Below are positions 34,068 through 44,472 of a stretch of 64,000 bases of DNA, piece by piece (position 1 is the first letter of the stretch; every line of letters begins with the position of its first letter). The DNA lies in contig CP145412.1 in the NCBI GenBank assembly GCA_036867785.1, forward strand, positions 124,001-188,000, read 5' to 3'. Source of the DNA: Plasmodiophora brassicae (taxonomy: Eukaryota). The position numbers and the translations under genes are program-made. A model generated the notes under the pieces. That model made no database searches. It was not told the origin of the DNA and saw only the letters and a program-made list of their open reading frames with translations.

Positions 34068-34112
34068 CGGACAGCGTAGCGGATTGCGCCACGGACACCG
34101 TGACGGACCCCG
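34068..34112 (+). promoter_or_regulatory. Four 12-bp-periodic CGGA-NN-SCG units upstream of the DDX21-like gene
   Basis: CGGACAGCGTAG CGGATTGCGCCA CGGACACCGTGA CGGACCCCG, ending 10 nt before the ATG. Confidence 0.45.
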
Positions 34113-34122
34113 GATTCCACTA

Positions 34123-36306
34123 ATGGCGGGCGTTCGTAAATCTGATGACGGCAAGGTCTCGACTAAGAAATCGAAGAAGTCGTCCAAGACGTCTGAACAT
34201 GACCCGTCGCTGACGAACGGAACCAGCTTGACGGCGACGAAACCGTCGAAGGAAAAATCGCGCAAGTCGGAGTCCGACTCTGACAAGAAGGCGAAGAAGA
34301 AGAAGCGGTCGCGCGAGAACGACGACGAATCCAAGGCTGTTGACGCGGACGCGCCAAAGAAGAAGACGAAGAAGGAGAAGAGCGCACCCAAAGAAGACGC
34401 CGGTGATGCTGTTCCGGAGAACGCCGTCTCCCGGTTCCGGATCAGTCCGGCCAACGTGAAGACGCTGGCTGCCCAGGGCATCACGTGTACGTCGCCCCAT
34501 TGCCCTGCATGACTGCCGCTTATTCCTCGCCCTCTTAGCGCTGTTCCCTATCCAAACGAACACGTTCGACATCATTTACGACGGTAACGACATCATCGCG
34601 CGCGTATGTCCCTGAAGTTCCTTGCGTGCTTTCACAATCGCTTATGGTTGTGTTTCAGGCCAAGACGGGGTCAGGAAAGACGCTTGCCTTCGCGTTGCCT
34701 GTCGTGGAGCGAATCCTGGCGAACGATGACGGGGGTAGGCGCCGTCCGGGCCGCGGTCCCCAAGTCCTGGTCGTTGCACCGACACGCGAACTCGCCAAGC
34801 AGGTCGCCACCGTTTTCGAATCCGTCGGCCAGGGCCTGCAGACCCTCACCGTCTACGGCGGTGCACCGTACCAGCCACAAGAGAACGCCATGCGACGCGG
34901 CATTGACGTCCTGGTCGGAACGCCCGGCCGGATCAATGACTTTCTCAACAAGCGCCAGTTCCTGCGATTCGACAACCTCGACTACGTCATCCTCGACGAG
35001 GCCGATGAGATGCTCAACGACGGCTTCGCCAAGGACATTGAAGCGATCCTGTCGGCCATCGGCGATCGCCCCACCCAGAAGCTGCTCTTCTCGGCCACCA
35101 TCCCCGACTGTAAGTCGGGTCCCATTCGCCGTACCGTCTAGGGTTCTGATCAATCGCCGTCCCCCAGGGGTGGAGAAGGTCGCCAAGAAGTACCTGTCGC
35201 CGGACAAGGTCGTCGTCGACCTGATCCAGGCGAAGATCTCGACGAACCCGGACATCACGCATTACCAGATGCCGGTCTACTGGACCGAGAAGCACAAGGT
35301 CATCGGCGACTGCGTTCGCCTGTATGCCAAGGACGGGCGCACGATCGTCTTCGCGCCGACGAAGAAGGAGTGCAACGAGATGGTGGTCGACACGCGTTTC
35401 GCCCTCGAAGCGCAGGTCCTCCATGGCGACATCTCGCAGGCGCAGCGCGAATCGACGCTGAAAGGGTTCCGCGACGGCAAGTTTAAGGTGCTGGTCGCCA
35501 CCGACGTCGCCGCTCGCGGCCTGGACATCACCGGCGTCGACCTGGTCGTCCAGTCGGAGCCGCCGCCCGACCACGAGACGTACGTGCACCGGTCAGGGCG
35601 CACGGGGCGGGCCGGCGCCAAGGGCATCTCGATCACGCTGTACACGCCCAGGCACGTGTTCTGGCTGCAGCAGATCACCAGGAAGGCCAGGGTCGACTTC
35701 AAGATCCTCGGGTGCCCGCAGCAATCCGACCTGATCGGGGCGGCCGTCGGCGCGTCCGTCGAGGCCGCCCGCGCCGTCCTGCAGTCGAAGCACACGATCC
35801 ATCGCGACTGGCGCGCCGCCGCCCGCGACCTGGTCTCCGCGTTCGACAACGACGCGGAGAAGGTCGTCGCCGCCTGCCTCATGGCCGCCAACGGCGGGGT
35901 CACCGCCAGCGGTTCCATGCCGTCGTCGCTGCTGACCGGCCAGTCGCAGTACGTGACGGTGTCGGTGACGTCGCAGCGCGGGCGTGTCTTCGGCTCCGGA
36001 CAAATCTTCAACCAGTTGCGGCAGCACTTTGACGCCTCCGTCGTCGACGCCGTCAAGAACATGCGCATGCGCGCCGACCAGGCCGGCGCCGTCTGCGACC
36101 TGCCCGTCGAGTGCTACGCCGAGGTGGCGGCCCTGCCGGAATCCACCGGCATCGCCCTGGCCACCACCCTGCCCGATATCGTCGAGAAGGCCGACATGCC
36201 GCCGCCGGCCCGGGGTGGTGCCGGACGGTACAGCCGGGGATCCGGCGGCCAGTCCAACGGGAACGGCCGGTACGGGCAGCGGAATCAGTGGAACGGTCGC
36301 CGATGA
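34123..36306 (+). CDS. DDX21: Nucleolar DEAD-box RNA helicase, DDX21/RH7 type (GUCT domain), multi-exon
   Basis: Lys-rich N-terminus; LFPIQ, AKTGSGKT, PTRELA, GTPGR, DEAD, SAT, LHGDISQAQRE..L..FR, YVHRSGRTGRAG; GUCT-like region and RG tail. Confidence 0.9.
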
Positions 36307-36456
36307 TTTCGATCCCAGTACAATACATTGTCAGAGCTTGTCCCGAAACTGGATACACAACCTATACGTTGCTACGACAGGACCAGCAACACGACGTGGC
36401 GTTAGTGGGTAGACAGGTAGTATGTATGGATTGCAGTGACGACGTGTTTGAGGAAT

Positions 36457-36894
36457 TTAGAGACGGCGACCGCGACGGCCACCCTTGGCGCGGGTGCTGT
36501 CGGTCGGGATCGGCGTGACATCCTCAAGGCGGCCGATCTTCATGCCGTTACGGGCCAGGGCGCGCAGCGCGGACTGTGCGCCCGGGCCGGGCGTCTTCGT
36601 GCGGTTGCCACCCGTGGCGCGAAGCTTGATATGCAGGGCGGTGATACCGCGCTCCTTGCACTTGGCGGCGACGTCCTGGGCGGCAAGCATGGCGGCGTAC
36701 GGCGACGCCTCGTCACGGTCGGCCTTGACCTTCATGCCGCCCGTAATGCGGATGATGGTCTCCTTGCCCGACAAGTCGGTCACGTGGACGAACGTGTCGT
36801 TGAACGACGCATAGATGTGCGCCACGCCGAAGATCTCCTCGCCATCGCGCTTCGTCGGGCCGTAGTAGACGGCCTCTTCCTCCCGCTTCGACAT
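36457..36894 (-). CDS. RPS14: 40S ribosomal protein S14 (uS11), intronless
   Basis: [57 protein letters not shown]. Confidence 0.98.
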   Translation of the reverse strand: MSKREEEAVYYGPTKRDGEEIFGVAHIYASFNDTFVHVTDLSGKETIIRITGGMKVKADRDEASPYAAMLAAQDVAAKCKERGITALHIKLRATGGNRTKTPGPGAQSALRALARNGMKIGRLEDVTPIPTDSTRAKGGRRGRRL

Positions 36895-36910
36895 GATTGC
36901 GGCACTGACC

Positions 36911-36934
36911 ACGACGGGTCCGCCGCGGACTCCG
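36911..36934 (-). promoter_or_regulatory. Tandem 12-bp-periodic CGGA motif upstream of RPS14
   Basis: Minus strand reads CGGAGTCCGCGG CGGACCCGTCGT. Confidence 0.4.
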
Positions 36935-37054
36935 TAGCTCCGCAGCGTATACGTCCTGCGCCCTAATATAAGTCTGCGTCCCCCGCAGTCGTTGTTGCCC
37001 CGCAACCACAACGTCCTATCGACACCTATGGCGGTATAGAATAATGCACGGCGA

Positions 37055-37456
37055 TCACGACGGTCGCTTCGGTTTCGTCGGCAAACGATCGCGGTCGATG
37101 CTGTCGATGATCTCCTCCAGCGACGCGTACCGTCTGCCCTGGATGAAGACGACGCCGTCGTCGGCGTCGTCCTTCGCGCGGCGTTCTGCTTCGAGCTGCT
37201 TGACGCGATCGCGAATGGCGCCCTCGTTGTCGTCGTTCTGCTGCATTTCCTGACGCGTCGGCGGGTGGTCGCGATCGCCACGCAACCATCGGCTCCATGG
37301 CGCCGGGATCGACCTCGGGTCCGGCAACCGGGACGCGTAGTCGACCATGCGTTTGCCGCCCTCGACAAAGTACTCGTTGCCGGCGCCGTCGACGCCGACG
37401 CGTTCGCGCCTGAGGAACAGCCGGGCGGACGCCTGCCGGAACCGTCGCCACCACAT
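37055..37456 (-). CDS. NDUFA12-family protein (probably NDUFAF2/mimitin-like complex I assembly factor)
   Basis: [31 protein letters not shown]. Confidence 0.8.
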   Translation of the reverse strand: MWWRRFRQASARLFLRRERVGVDGAGNEYFVEGGKRMVDYASRLPDPRSIPAPWSRWLRGDRDHPPTRQEMQQNDDNEGAIRDRVKQLEAERRAKDDADDGVVFIQGRRYASLEEIIDSIDRDRLPTKPKRPS

Positions 37457-37511
37457 GATCGGACTCCGGCCCAGGCGGCCGCGCGACCTGCCATTTCTCA
37501 ACCCCATCTCT

Positions 37512-39149
37512 TTATACAGCCGCCGACACGGCGTCCTTCCGCCGCTCGAGGAGCTGGTACGGGCGGAACGTCGTGAAGCGCGTCGGGACGCCGGGAAGAG
37601 CGAACGCGCGTGCCATGAAATTCGAGTGCTCAGCGTCCAGGAAGGGCGCGCTGTAGCGCACGTGCCAGTCGGGCTGGGCGCTGTAGTGGGGCTCGTTCTG
37701 GTGCTCGAGGTCGAGGTCGACGATGTAGTCGCAGGCGGACGCGCTGACGTACCGGCTGGGTTCCTCGCGGTTGTCCTCGTTCATCTCGGTGGGGATGATC
37801 CACGTGCCATTGGCGGACCGTTCGAACGGCTTCGGCAGGAGGCCTGTAAACCCAGACCGAAGGAACAGCAGGTGGGAGTCGGCGGTTGGCAGGAAGAAAC
37901 TCGACGGGAAGCGGTACCACTCCTTGCCAACGCAGACGCGCGCTGGGACGCCGGCGGGAACACGCCGGTAGACATTGAAGGGCGCCGAGTAGTTTCTCCA
38001 CATCGAGACTGTCCTGGACAGGGACAGGACGGCGAACGCGATCAGGACGAGCGACCGCATGCGACGGCGGACGCGGGACAGGGTGACGGCGGCCGCAACG
38101 GCGATCAGCGGATATACGGGATACAGAAAGCGTTCCTCCTTGTGCGCCAGGCTGCTGAAGACGAGGACGAACGCGGCCACCGGCGTCAGGAACCGAAGCG
38201 ACGAACGCACCTTCCGTGAAACGAGGCTGGAGGGAACAGCGGCAAGCGCAGCGAACAGGGCGACGTTGAAGTTCAACGCCAGGTTGCGGAGCAGGAAATG
38301 CCATGGCTCGACGCCGTACAGGTTCGCGCCGTGCGACGTGAACACATTGTACCGAACGATGTTGGCCACAGCGACAAACGCCGTCCGGTAGTAGTAGAGA
38401 TCGACGGCCACCGATGGGACGACGCAGGCGATCGCCGTCAGGATGGCAGCGCGCAGGGCGACGAAGAGGCGGCCGCGTGCGACCATGTCGATCGCCATCG
38501 GAATCGCGGCGAGCACGACGAACGGCCATCCAATCAGGCCGGCCACGCCCATGAAGAAGACGGCAGCGGCCGTCCGGGACGACATCCACGCCGCCACTGA
38601 TAGGGTGACGGCGTACATCGCGAACGACTGGGGAAGGTAGGCCGACGAGGCCGCCAGGATCCCGGGGCTGAGAGCCATGACCACAGCGGACAGGACGGCG
38701 ACGGTGCGACCGAATCGTCTGGCGACGGCCCCGACGAGGACCGTCTGCGAGAAGGCGCCGATCAGCGCCAGGGCGGCGCGGACGCCGAAGAAGACGACGA
38801 CGCGGTCGCGGGACGGGATCGCGAGCGCGATCAGCGCGTGCAGGGCAATGTAGGCGTACGAACGCAGGCCGTACGCCGGCGAGTACTCCCAGGTTTGCAG
38901 GCCGGACCCATACAGGACGTAATGCGTCGGCTCCCAGTAGTTGAACACCTCGTCGCAGTCGCCGATCGGCAGCACGAGCGCGCCGGCGACCATGCACGTC
39001 GCCAGCGCGGGGAACACGCCCGCCCATAACCCGCTTCCCGACAGGCCTGCGTCCGCGTGCCGCTCCCGACGCGACTCCTTCGCGTCCGCCGCATCTGGAT
39101 CGGCCGTCGGCGCCGGCCCCCGCCGACGCTGACGGATCGTCGGCGCCAT
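37512..39149 (-). CDS. ALG9: Alpha-1,2-mannosyltransferase ALG9 (GT22), single exon
   Basis: IGDCDEVFNYWEPTHY..G.QTWEYSPAYGLRSY; HKEERFLYPVYP; CVGKEWYRFPSSFFLP; MNEDNREEPSRY. Confidence 0.95.
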   Translation of the reverse strand: MAPTIRQRRRGPAPTADPDAADAKESRRERHADAGLSGSGLWAGVFPALATCMVAGALVLPIGDCDEVFNYWEPTHYVLYGSGLQTWEYSPAYGLRSYAYIALHALIALAIPSRDRVVVFFGVRAALALIGAFSQTVLVGAVARRFGRTVAVLSAVVMALSPGILAASSAYLPQSFAMYAVTLSVAAWMSSRTAAAVFFMGVAGLIGWPFVVLAAIPMAIDMVARGRLFVALRAAILTAIACVVPSVAVDLYYYRTAFVAVANIVRYNVFTSHGANLYGVEPWHFLLRNLALNFNVALFAALAAVPSSLVSRKVRSSLRFLTPVAAFVLVFSSLAHKEERFLYPVYPLIAVAAAVTLSRVRRRMRSLVLIAFAVLSLSRTVSMWRNYSAPFNVYRRVPAGVPARVCVGKEWYRFPSSFFLPTADSHLLFLRSGFTGLLPKPFERSANGTWIIPTEMNEDNREEPSRYVSASACDYIVDLDLEHQNEPHYSAQPDWHVRYSAPFLDAEHSNFMARAFALPGVPTRFTTFRPYQLLERRKDAVSAAV

Positions 39150-39736
39150 ATTCGCCCGCCGAACGGGTCGATTGGGCAAAATGGGCGACAACAACAGGCT
39201 GCAGACGTTCGTCGCCCTGCCCTGCCCTGCTCACGAACGGCCGCAATTCAGCGGGTGCACGTCCCCAGCCGGTTCGAAAATACGACGCGCGCAGCAGCAC
39301 TGTGTCTGCGTTACTGCCGCAGTATCGCCGGGTGCAGTTCTTGGCAGTTCGTACAGCGCGACGGAGCAGACGCACCACCAGCCGATGCGTGTTGGCCGGC
39401 GGGCTCACGCGTTTGATTCGTCGGAAACCGTCGACCCTACCGAGCACAGTCGTTCCCGGTCGGACGTCCCAAGTCGCTGCAGTATCAAGAGCAGCATCTG
39501 CAGTATCAGGGGCATCTACCTACTGCATTGTGTCCATCATTTTCCTGACAACTGCGGTAGAGACGGCCGTACATCGCGGAGGCGCACTGGTGACGGGCGT
39601 TGGAATAGTGGAGACGGGTTGCACATGCAAGTTTGTGCTAGCCTGAGAGAGGAGCTCGGATTGTGCAGCGGTCGCCACAATTGCGCGGCGGACGGGTCAG
39701 TTCGGAGCATCGGAGTCGACAGAGGGGCGCCACTGA

Positions 39737-40390
39737 ATGCTGCCGCTCTGCCGTTCTCGGGGCACGCGGGCCTGCGCCACCATGCGCGCCTGCTCGGCAG
39801 TGGCGAGCGTCCATGTAGACGCAATGGGCGGTTCTGTTTGTGACGTCGTCGTTTGATGTCAGAGCGTGCAGGCGAAGGTTGTCCGCGGGGTGAAGGTTCC
39901 CCGAAGCGACGGCGTGGTGTCGACGACAGGGTTCCGGATAGGCGAGCTTCCTCGTGAGTATGTGAATATGCGGCACCCAGACGATTTCGTAATCGTGGGG
40001 GAATTCCACCCGGAGACGTGGGTCGTCGACACGTATCGTGGTCCTCGAGCCGTCGGCCGCCTGGCGTGGAAGATCGACGATAAGTTCCTGCCGGTGACGT
40101 TCCTGCTCTGTACGGGCGCTCCCAGTGCATTGTACTTCAGCGACGAAGCGCTGGTCTGTTTCGCAGGCAACGGTCTGCTTAACAGCGACGGCGACGGACT
40201 CGGGTACGTTCCCGTTCGGCATCGCGACCCGATGCTGCGCGTTGCAACAACGTACCGCGCACCCGTCGCCACGTCTCCGCCGTCGCATGCGCCCGTGAAC
40301 ATCGTCGGCCTCGACCTGCTCGTCAAGATGGGCTTCATCATGATGCGCAATGGGCGCGTCGAATTCCGATATTCCGATGGCATCTTGTAA
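39737..40390 (+). CDS. Hypothetical protein with retropepsin (clan AA)-like fold, catalytic Asp replaced by Cys
   Basis: Exon 1 (MLPLCRSRGTRACATMRACSAVASVH, Arg-rich presequence-like) is joined by a GT-AG intron (~39815-39861) to the ORF containing VTFLLCTGAPSALY and VNIVGLDLL (cf. F..DTGA and .LG.D.L). Confidence 0.55.
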
Positions 40391-40595
40391 CGTATTCTAT
40401 GTATATATATAGACGGTCGTCATGTATTCCTCGCTGGGCCCACTGTCCTGAACCAAAGCGCCTGCAGAAGGGGAACTGTACGGTAGGTAGCTGCACTGCA
40501 GACAGTCGACTGCGACGTGTGCAGTCGCGGGGCAGCGCCGGGCGCGGTCATTCGGGGAATTGTTGCGCGTGCAGTTCGTACGCGGAGGGGCGGGG

Positions 40596-42004
40596 ATGCC
40601 GGGCGACGACGCCACGTCGGCGATCTCCGAGCACGACCGGCGGCTGTTCGCGTTCAACCGCGACGCCGAGGAGAGGATCGACCGCGACCTGCGGGCGGCG
40701 ACGCCGGCGCAGCCGTTCACGTCGTGCCGCATCGCGGCGCTGGCCACGATGAAGATGGTGTCGATCGTTGGGCGCCCGCGTCCCGGTTCGGCCCCTTACC
40801 GTGTGACGTCGTCTAGATGCAGCACGCGCTCGAGGGCGTCGAAACGGGCGTGAAACGCGGATCGAAACCGCTCGAGATTATGGGGTTGCTCCTTGGCAAG
40901 TGCGACGGATCGTCAATCGTTGGTAGGCCTATCGTCACGTCCAACGTTATGCAGCTCGACTGACGTTGGGTCTAGTGACGGACTGTTTCGCATTGCCTGT
41001 GGAAGGAACCGAGTCGCGTGTCGTGGCCGATGACGAGAGCGTCATGGCGCACATGGTGAAGCTCAGCGAACAGTTGCAGAAGACGCGCAATGAGCGGTTC
41101 ATCGGGTGGTACCACAGTCACCCGTTCGACGTCGAAGCCCACTCGCATTGCTTTCTTTCAGCGACCGACGTTTCCACTCAATGGCAAACCGCCGTTACGT
41201 CATGTACGAACACCTGACATGGTCTAACCATTCTGTTTTAGGTCATGGCAGCACACGCTGACACCGAAATGGGTGGCCATCGTTGTCGACCCATTACGTT
41301 CGCTAGCAAAGCAACGCCCTGAGCTGGGAGTGTTCCGTTGCTATCCCCCCACGTACAAGCCAGCGGAGAACCTATGCCCTGATGGGGCCCTTTGCGATGA
41401 TGATCAAGGCAGGCAGATCCGCTGGGGCAAGCTGTATCATAGGTCAGGTCCCCGACAAAATCAGCGCTACGTTTCTGAAATCAGCGCTGGTGTTAGGTAC
41501 TACGAACTGAAAGTCGAGAACGTGCTCAGCTCGACAGGCGCCAAGATCCTTGACGTACTGTCCCGGAAGCATTTGTGGATGAAGGTTCTTCTTGTCGTTA
41601 GTGAGGTCTGCTTGCGTTTCTTAATGTCCTTGCAGGTGCTTTCGTCGTCATCAATAATGGACCCTGAGAACCGACAGCGTTTCCCGGATCGTATTGCTGT
41701 AATCAACGCAAAGCTGGAGTCAGTCGATCTGCAGACGATTGCGGGCCGACCGCGTAAGGGCAAATCGTCATCGAAAGATCATACGGGGCACCTGGTGCAG
41801 GCCGTCGAATCAGCGTACGAACATCCGGCTCCAGCACGCTGTGGTTGCTGAGATGAGGGCAGATCTGAATTGTCGTTCGAGCATTGTCATGGACATTGCT
41901 CCCAGATCATGAAGGCGCTGCTCTTCAACCGGCACCGAAGCGACAATGATGACCCATGCTGTGTCGACAGCGGCGGGTGCTTGCAACCGTTCTATCACGA
42001 GTAA
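40596..42004 (+). CDS. COPS5: COP9 signalosome subunit 5 (JAMM/MPN+), multi-exon
   Basis: ALATMKM|MQHA..EIMGLLLGK; DCFALPVEGTESRV; IGWYHSHP..CFLSATDVSTQ; AIVVDPLRS; YYELKV; C-terminal E..HG..SQIMKALLFN. Confidence 0.85.
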
Positions 42005-42078
42005 ATGATTACAAGGCATCTATTGACTGTTCATGACGCGTGTAGACGGTGACGATGCGACGCAGAAACGACCAACTC

Positions 42079-43786
42079 TTAAGGCTTCCACAGTTTAACA
42101 GTGCTGTCGGAGGAGAACGTCGCCAGCGTGTTGACGAATGGGTGATGGACCACACCGAGGACGTCGGCGTTGTGCGCCTTGATGACTTTGGCGACATCGC
42201 CGGATTGCATATCGAACATGTAGAGAATCGAGTCAGCTCCACATGCGTACAGATAACGGCCGCGACCGCTGACGCAGGCGTTCACGAACTGGCTGTCAAT
42301 GCCCGTCTTCCCATGCGTCAGCGTTCGGATGGTATCGCCCGACGTCGCGTTGAGTATCAGGATTTCGTTAGATCGCGTGACGACGACAAGCTGGTCGTGT
42401 ACGCCGGTCATCCAGAGCAGTTGCAGTACGGGGACATCAATGGCTGACTGCGGGTACGGCTTCCAGGTGGCAATCACGTCGGTGGACCTAGCGTCGAACA
42501 CGAGAACGCACCCATCGCTGCTGCCACTGTACACGCGCGAACAGTCCTCGCTGAACGTCACCGAGTTCACGAACGAGCGATGCCCTCGAAACTCTTTCAG
42601 CGTCCGCCCTGATCGCAGGCCGTGTACCCTCACCGAACCATCATACGAGCCAGTCAGAACCTGGCCAGCCATCAACAGTCAGCGAGGCGAATGCGAAACA
42701 ATCGAGGACTCCAAACCTGAGTGGAATCGCGAGAGAACTGAAGCGAGGTGACCCCTTTGACATGAGCGGCAGGGAATCGTTTGACGCAGGCGCCAGTTCG
42801 AACGCGCCAGACCTTCACCTGGCCGTCCTTGCTTCCCGTTGCCAGCAGGTCGCCATCGCGGGCGAAATCCATGCACAGGACAGCATCGTCATGCATCATG
42901 AAATGCTCATCAGCCTGGAACTTCAAGTCCTTTCGCAGGCGCCCGGTCTCGCTGTCGTAGACCTCGACGAACCCGTCGGCGCTGCCGACGACGAGGAACG
43001 CGCCGTCGCGACTGAACGCCACACATTCGGCGTGGTTCATCTTCCCGAGCTTGATGACGCGATCGTTCCTGATGACCAGCTGATCGGCGGCCGCCTGCGC
43101 CGCCGACTGTGCGGCGCCACGAAACAGGTCCACCTGCGACGCTCCCCCAGACAGCATGCCCTGGTGTTGCTGCCACTGAGGAGGAGGTATCAGAACGCGG
43201 CGCGATGTGCATTCTGTTACAGGCAAACCTTCAGAGCCTGCATTAGCAGGGAGAGTAGACGGGAGGGTGGCACGACGCACAGCTCCCGCTGTAAGGCGGA
43301 CGCTATAGACGCGCGCCTGGATTCGCGGGATTCGCCACCTGGATACAGGTCCGATGGGTTCGGGTCGGCAACAATCCGTTCCAGACGACGATAACGGGTT
43401 GCCTCAGATGCTCTCAGAGACAGGAGCGCAGGGGCATTGGACAACAGCGCACGGGCGGTGTCGGCGTCACCGAGCTCGGCGAGTTCAACGACGATCTGTT
43501 CGTAGAGGTCATGCGCGGCAGGTGCCGGCAGGGTTGCGGGGATCAGGTCGAGCGCCTGATCCCATCGCCCATGCTGGACGTGGCCAACGATCTGCTTGAC
43601 GTTATCAACGGCGTTCAGCGCGACTTGCGACTCGCGCTCCAGGCAGGCCTGCGTCGCAGTCAGCCTGTTCTCCTTGAGGAACTGCAGGATCAGGCGTATG
43701 ACACTGTTGGAGTAAACTCAGCACAGATGCGGTGCCGCGTAGCGCAAGCACAGGGCGTACTCGCTCGATCCGATCTCCACGTTCAT
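42079..43786 (-). CDS. SMU1: WD40 splicing factor SMU1, multi-exon
   Basis: [21 protein letters not shown] (LisH); [61 protein letters not shown]. Confidence 0.95.
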
Positions 43787-43919
43787 CGTCCGCGTTTGCA
43801 GTCGCGGACTGCGTAAGTACCGGTGACGCCGCCGGTACCACCAGGCCTGCGGCGTCCTCTGGAGCGATTCGATGCGCTATTCGAGAGACAGAGTAAACAA
43901 CAACAACAGGTAGTAGCGT

Positions 43920-44144
43920 TCATTGAGAATCCGGCCGGTAGGTCTTCCCAGTCTGGACGGTCAGTTTCTTGACGGTGACGACCTGGACGACATCGTTGAC
44001 CAGGGCGGTCCTGTGCAGCTGAACGGACGTCACCCTCTCTTCAATAGCACTCGTTGTCTGCGCCACCGAGTCCGACAGGCCAACCGCAGCCGCGGTCACC
44101 GTCAGCAGCAGAGGCAGCCAGGTTGCCGATGCGCTTTTCGTCAT
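43920..44144 (-). CDS. Small putative secreted peptide (74 aa)
   Basis: ATG ORF with signal-like MTKSASATWLPLLLTVTAAAVG; no recognisable domain. Confidence 0.4.
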   Translation of the reverse strand: MTKSASATWLPLLLTVTAAAVGLSDSVAQTTSAIEERVTSVQLHRTALVNDVVQVVTVKKLTVQTGKTYRPDSQ

Positions 44145-44472
44145 CGTCGACCCTCCACACGAATGTCGACCATCGACCGAATTGGTGCGTGACCATTTGT
44201 GGTGCCTACCCTGAAACGGAGGCTACGCCATGAACGAACAGGAACAGTTGTAGCCGCCGGCCGTACAGTGAGCGTGCAGCAACAGCGGACTGCAGTTTGC
44301 GCAAAGGCGGCAGCAAAAAAGTGAGTCCGGCGGGTGCACCTTTTTTTGCGAGTGAACGGCGACCTGCATTCGGGGGCCTGGGGACACGCAGCGCCAGTTG
44401 TCGGAACGGGTGCACTTGGACCGGGCCAGCGTTCCTGTATGGGTGGGCCCGTCGCCCGCTGACCGACGGACC

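Noticed and set aside
36895-37494. 345-aa ORF suggesting an N-terminally extended RPS14
   Set aside because: The extension is an off-frame read of the upstream NDUFA12-family gene; RPS14 starts at 36894.
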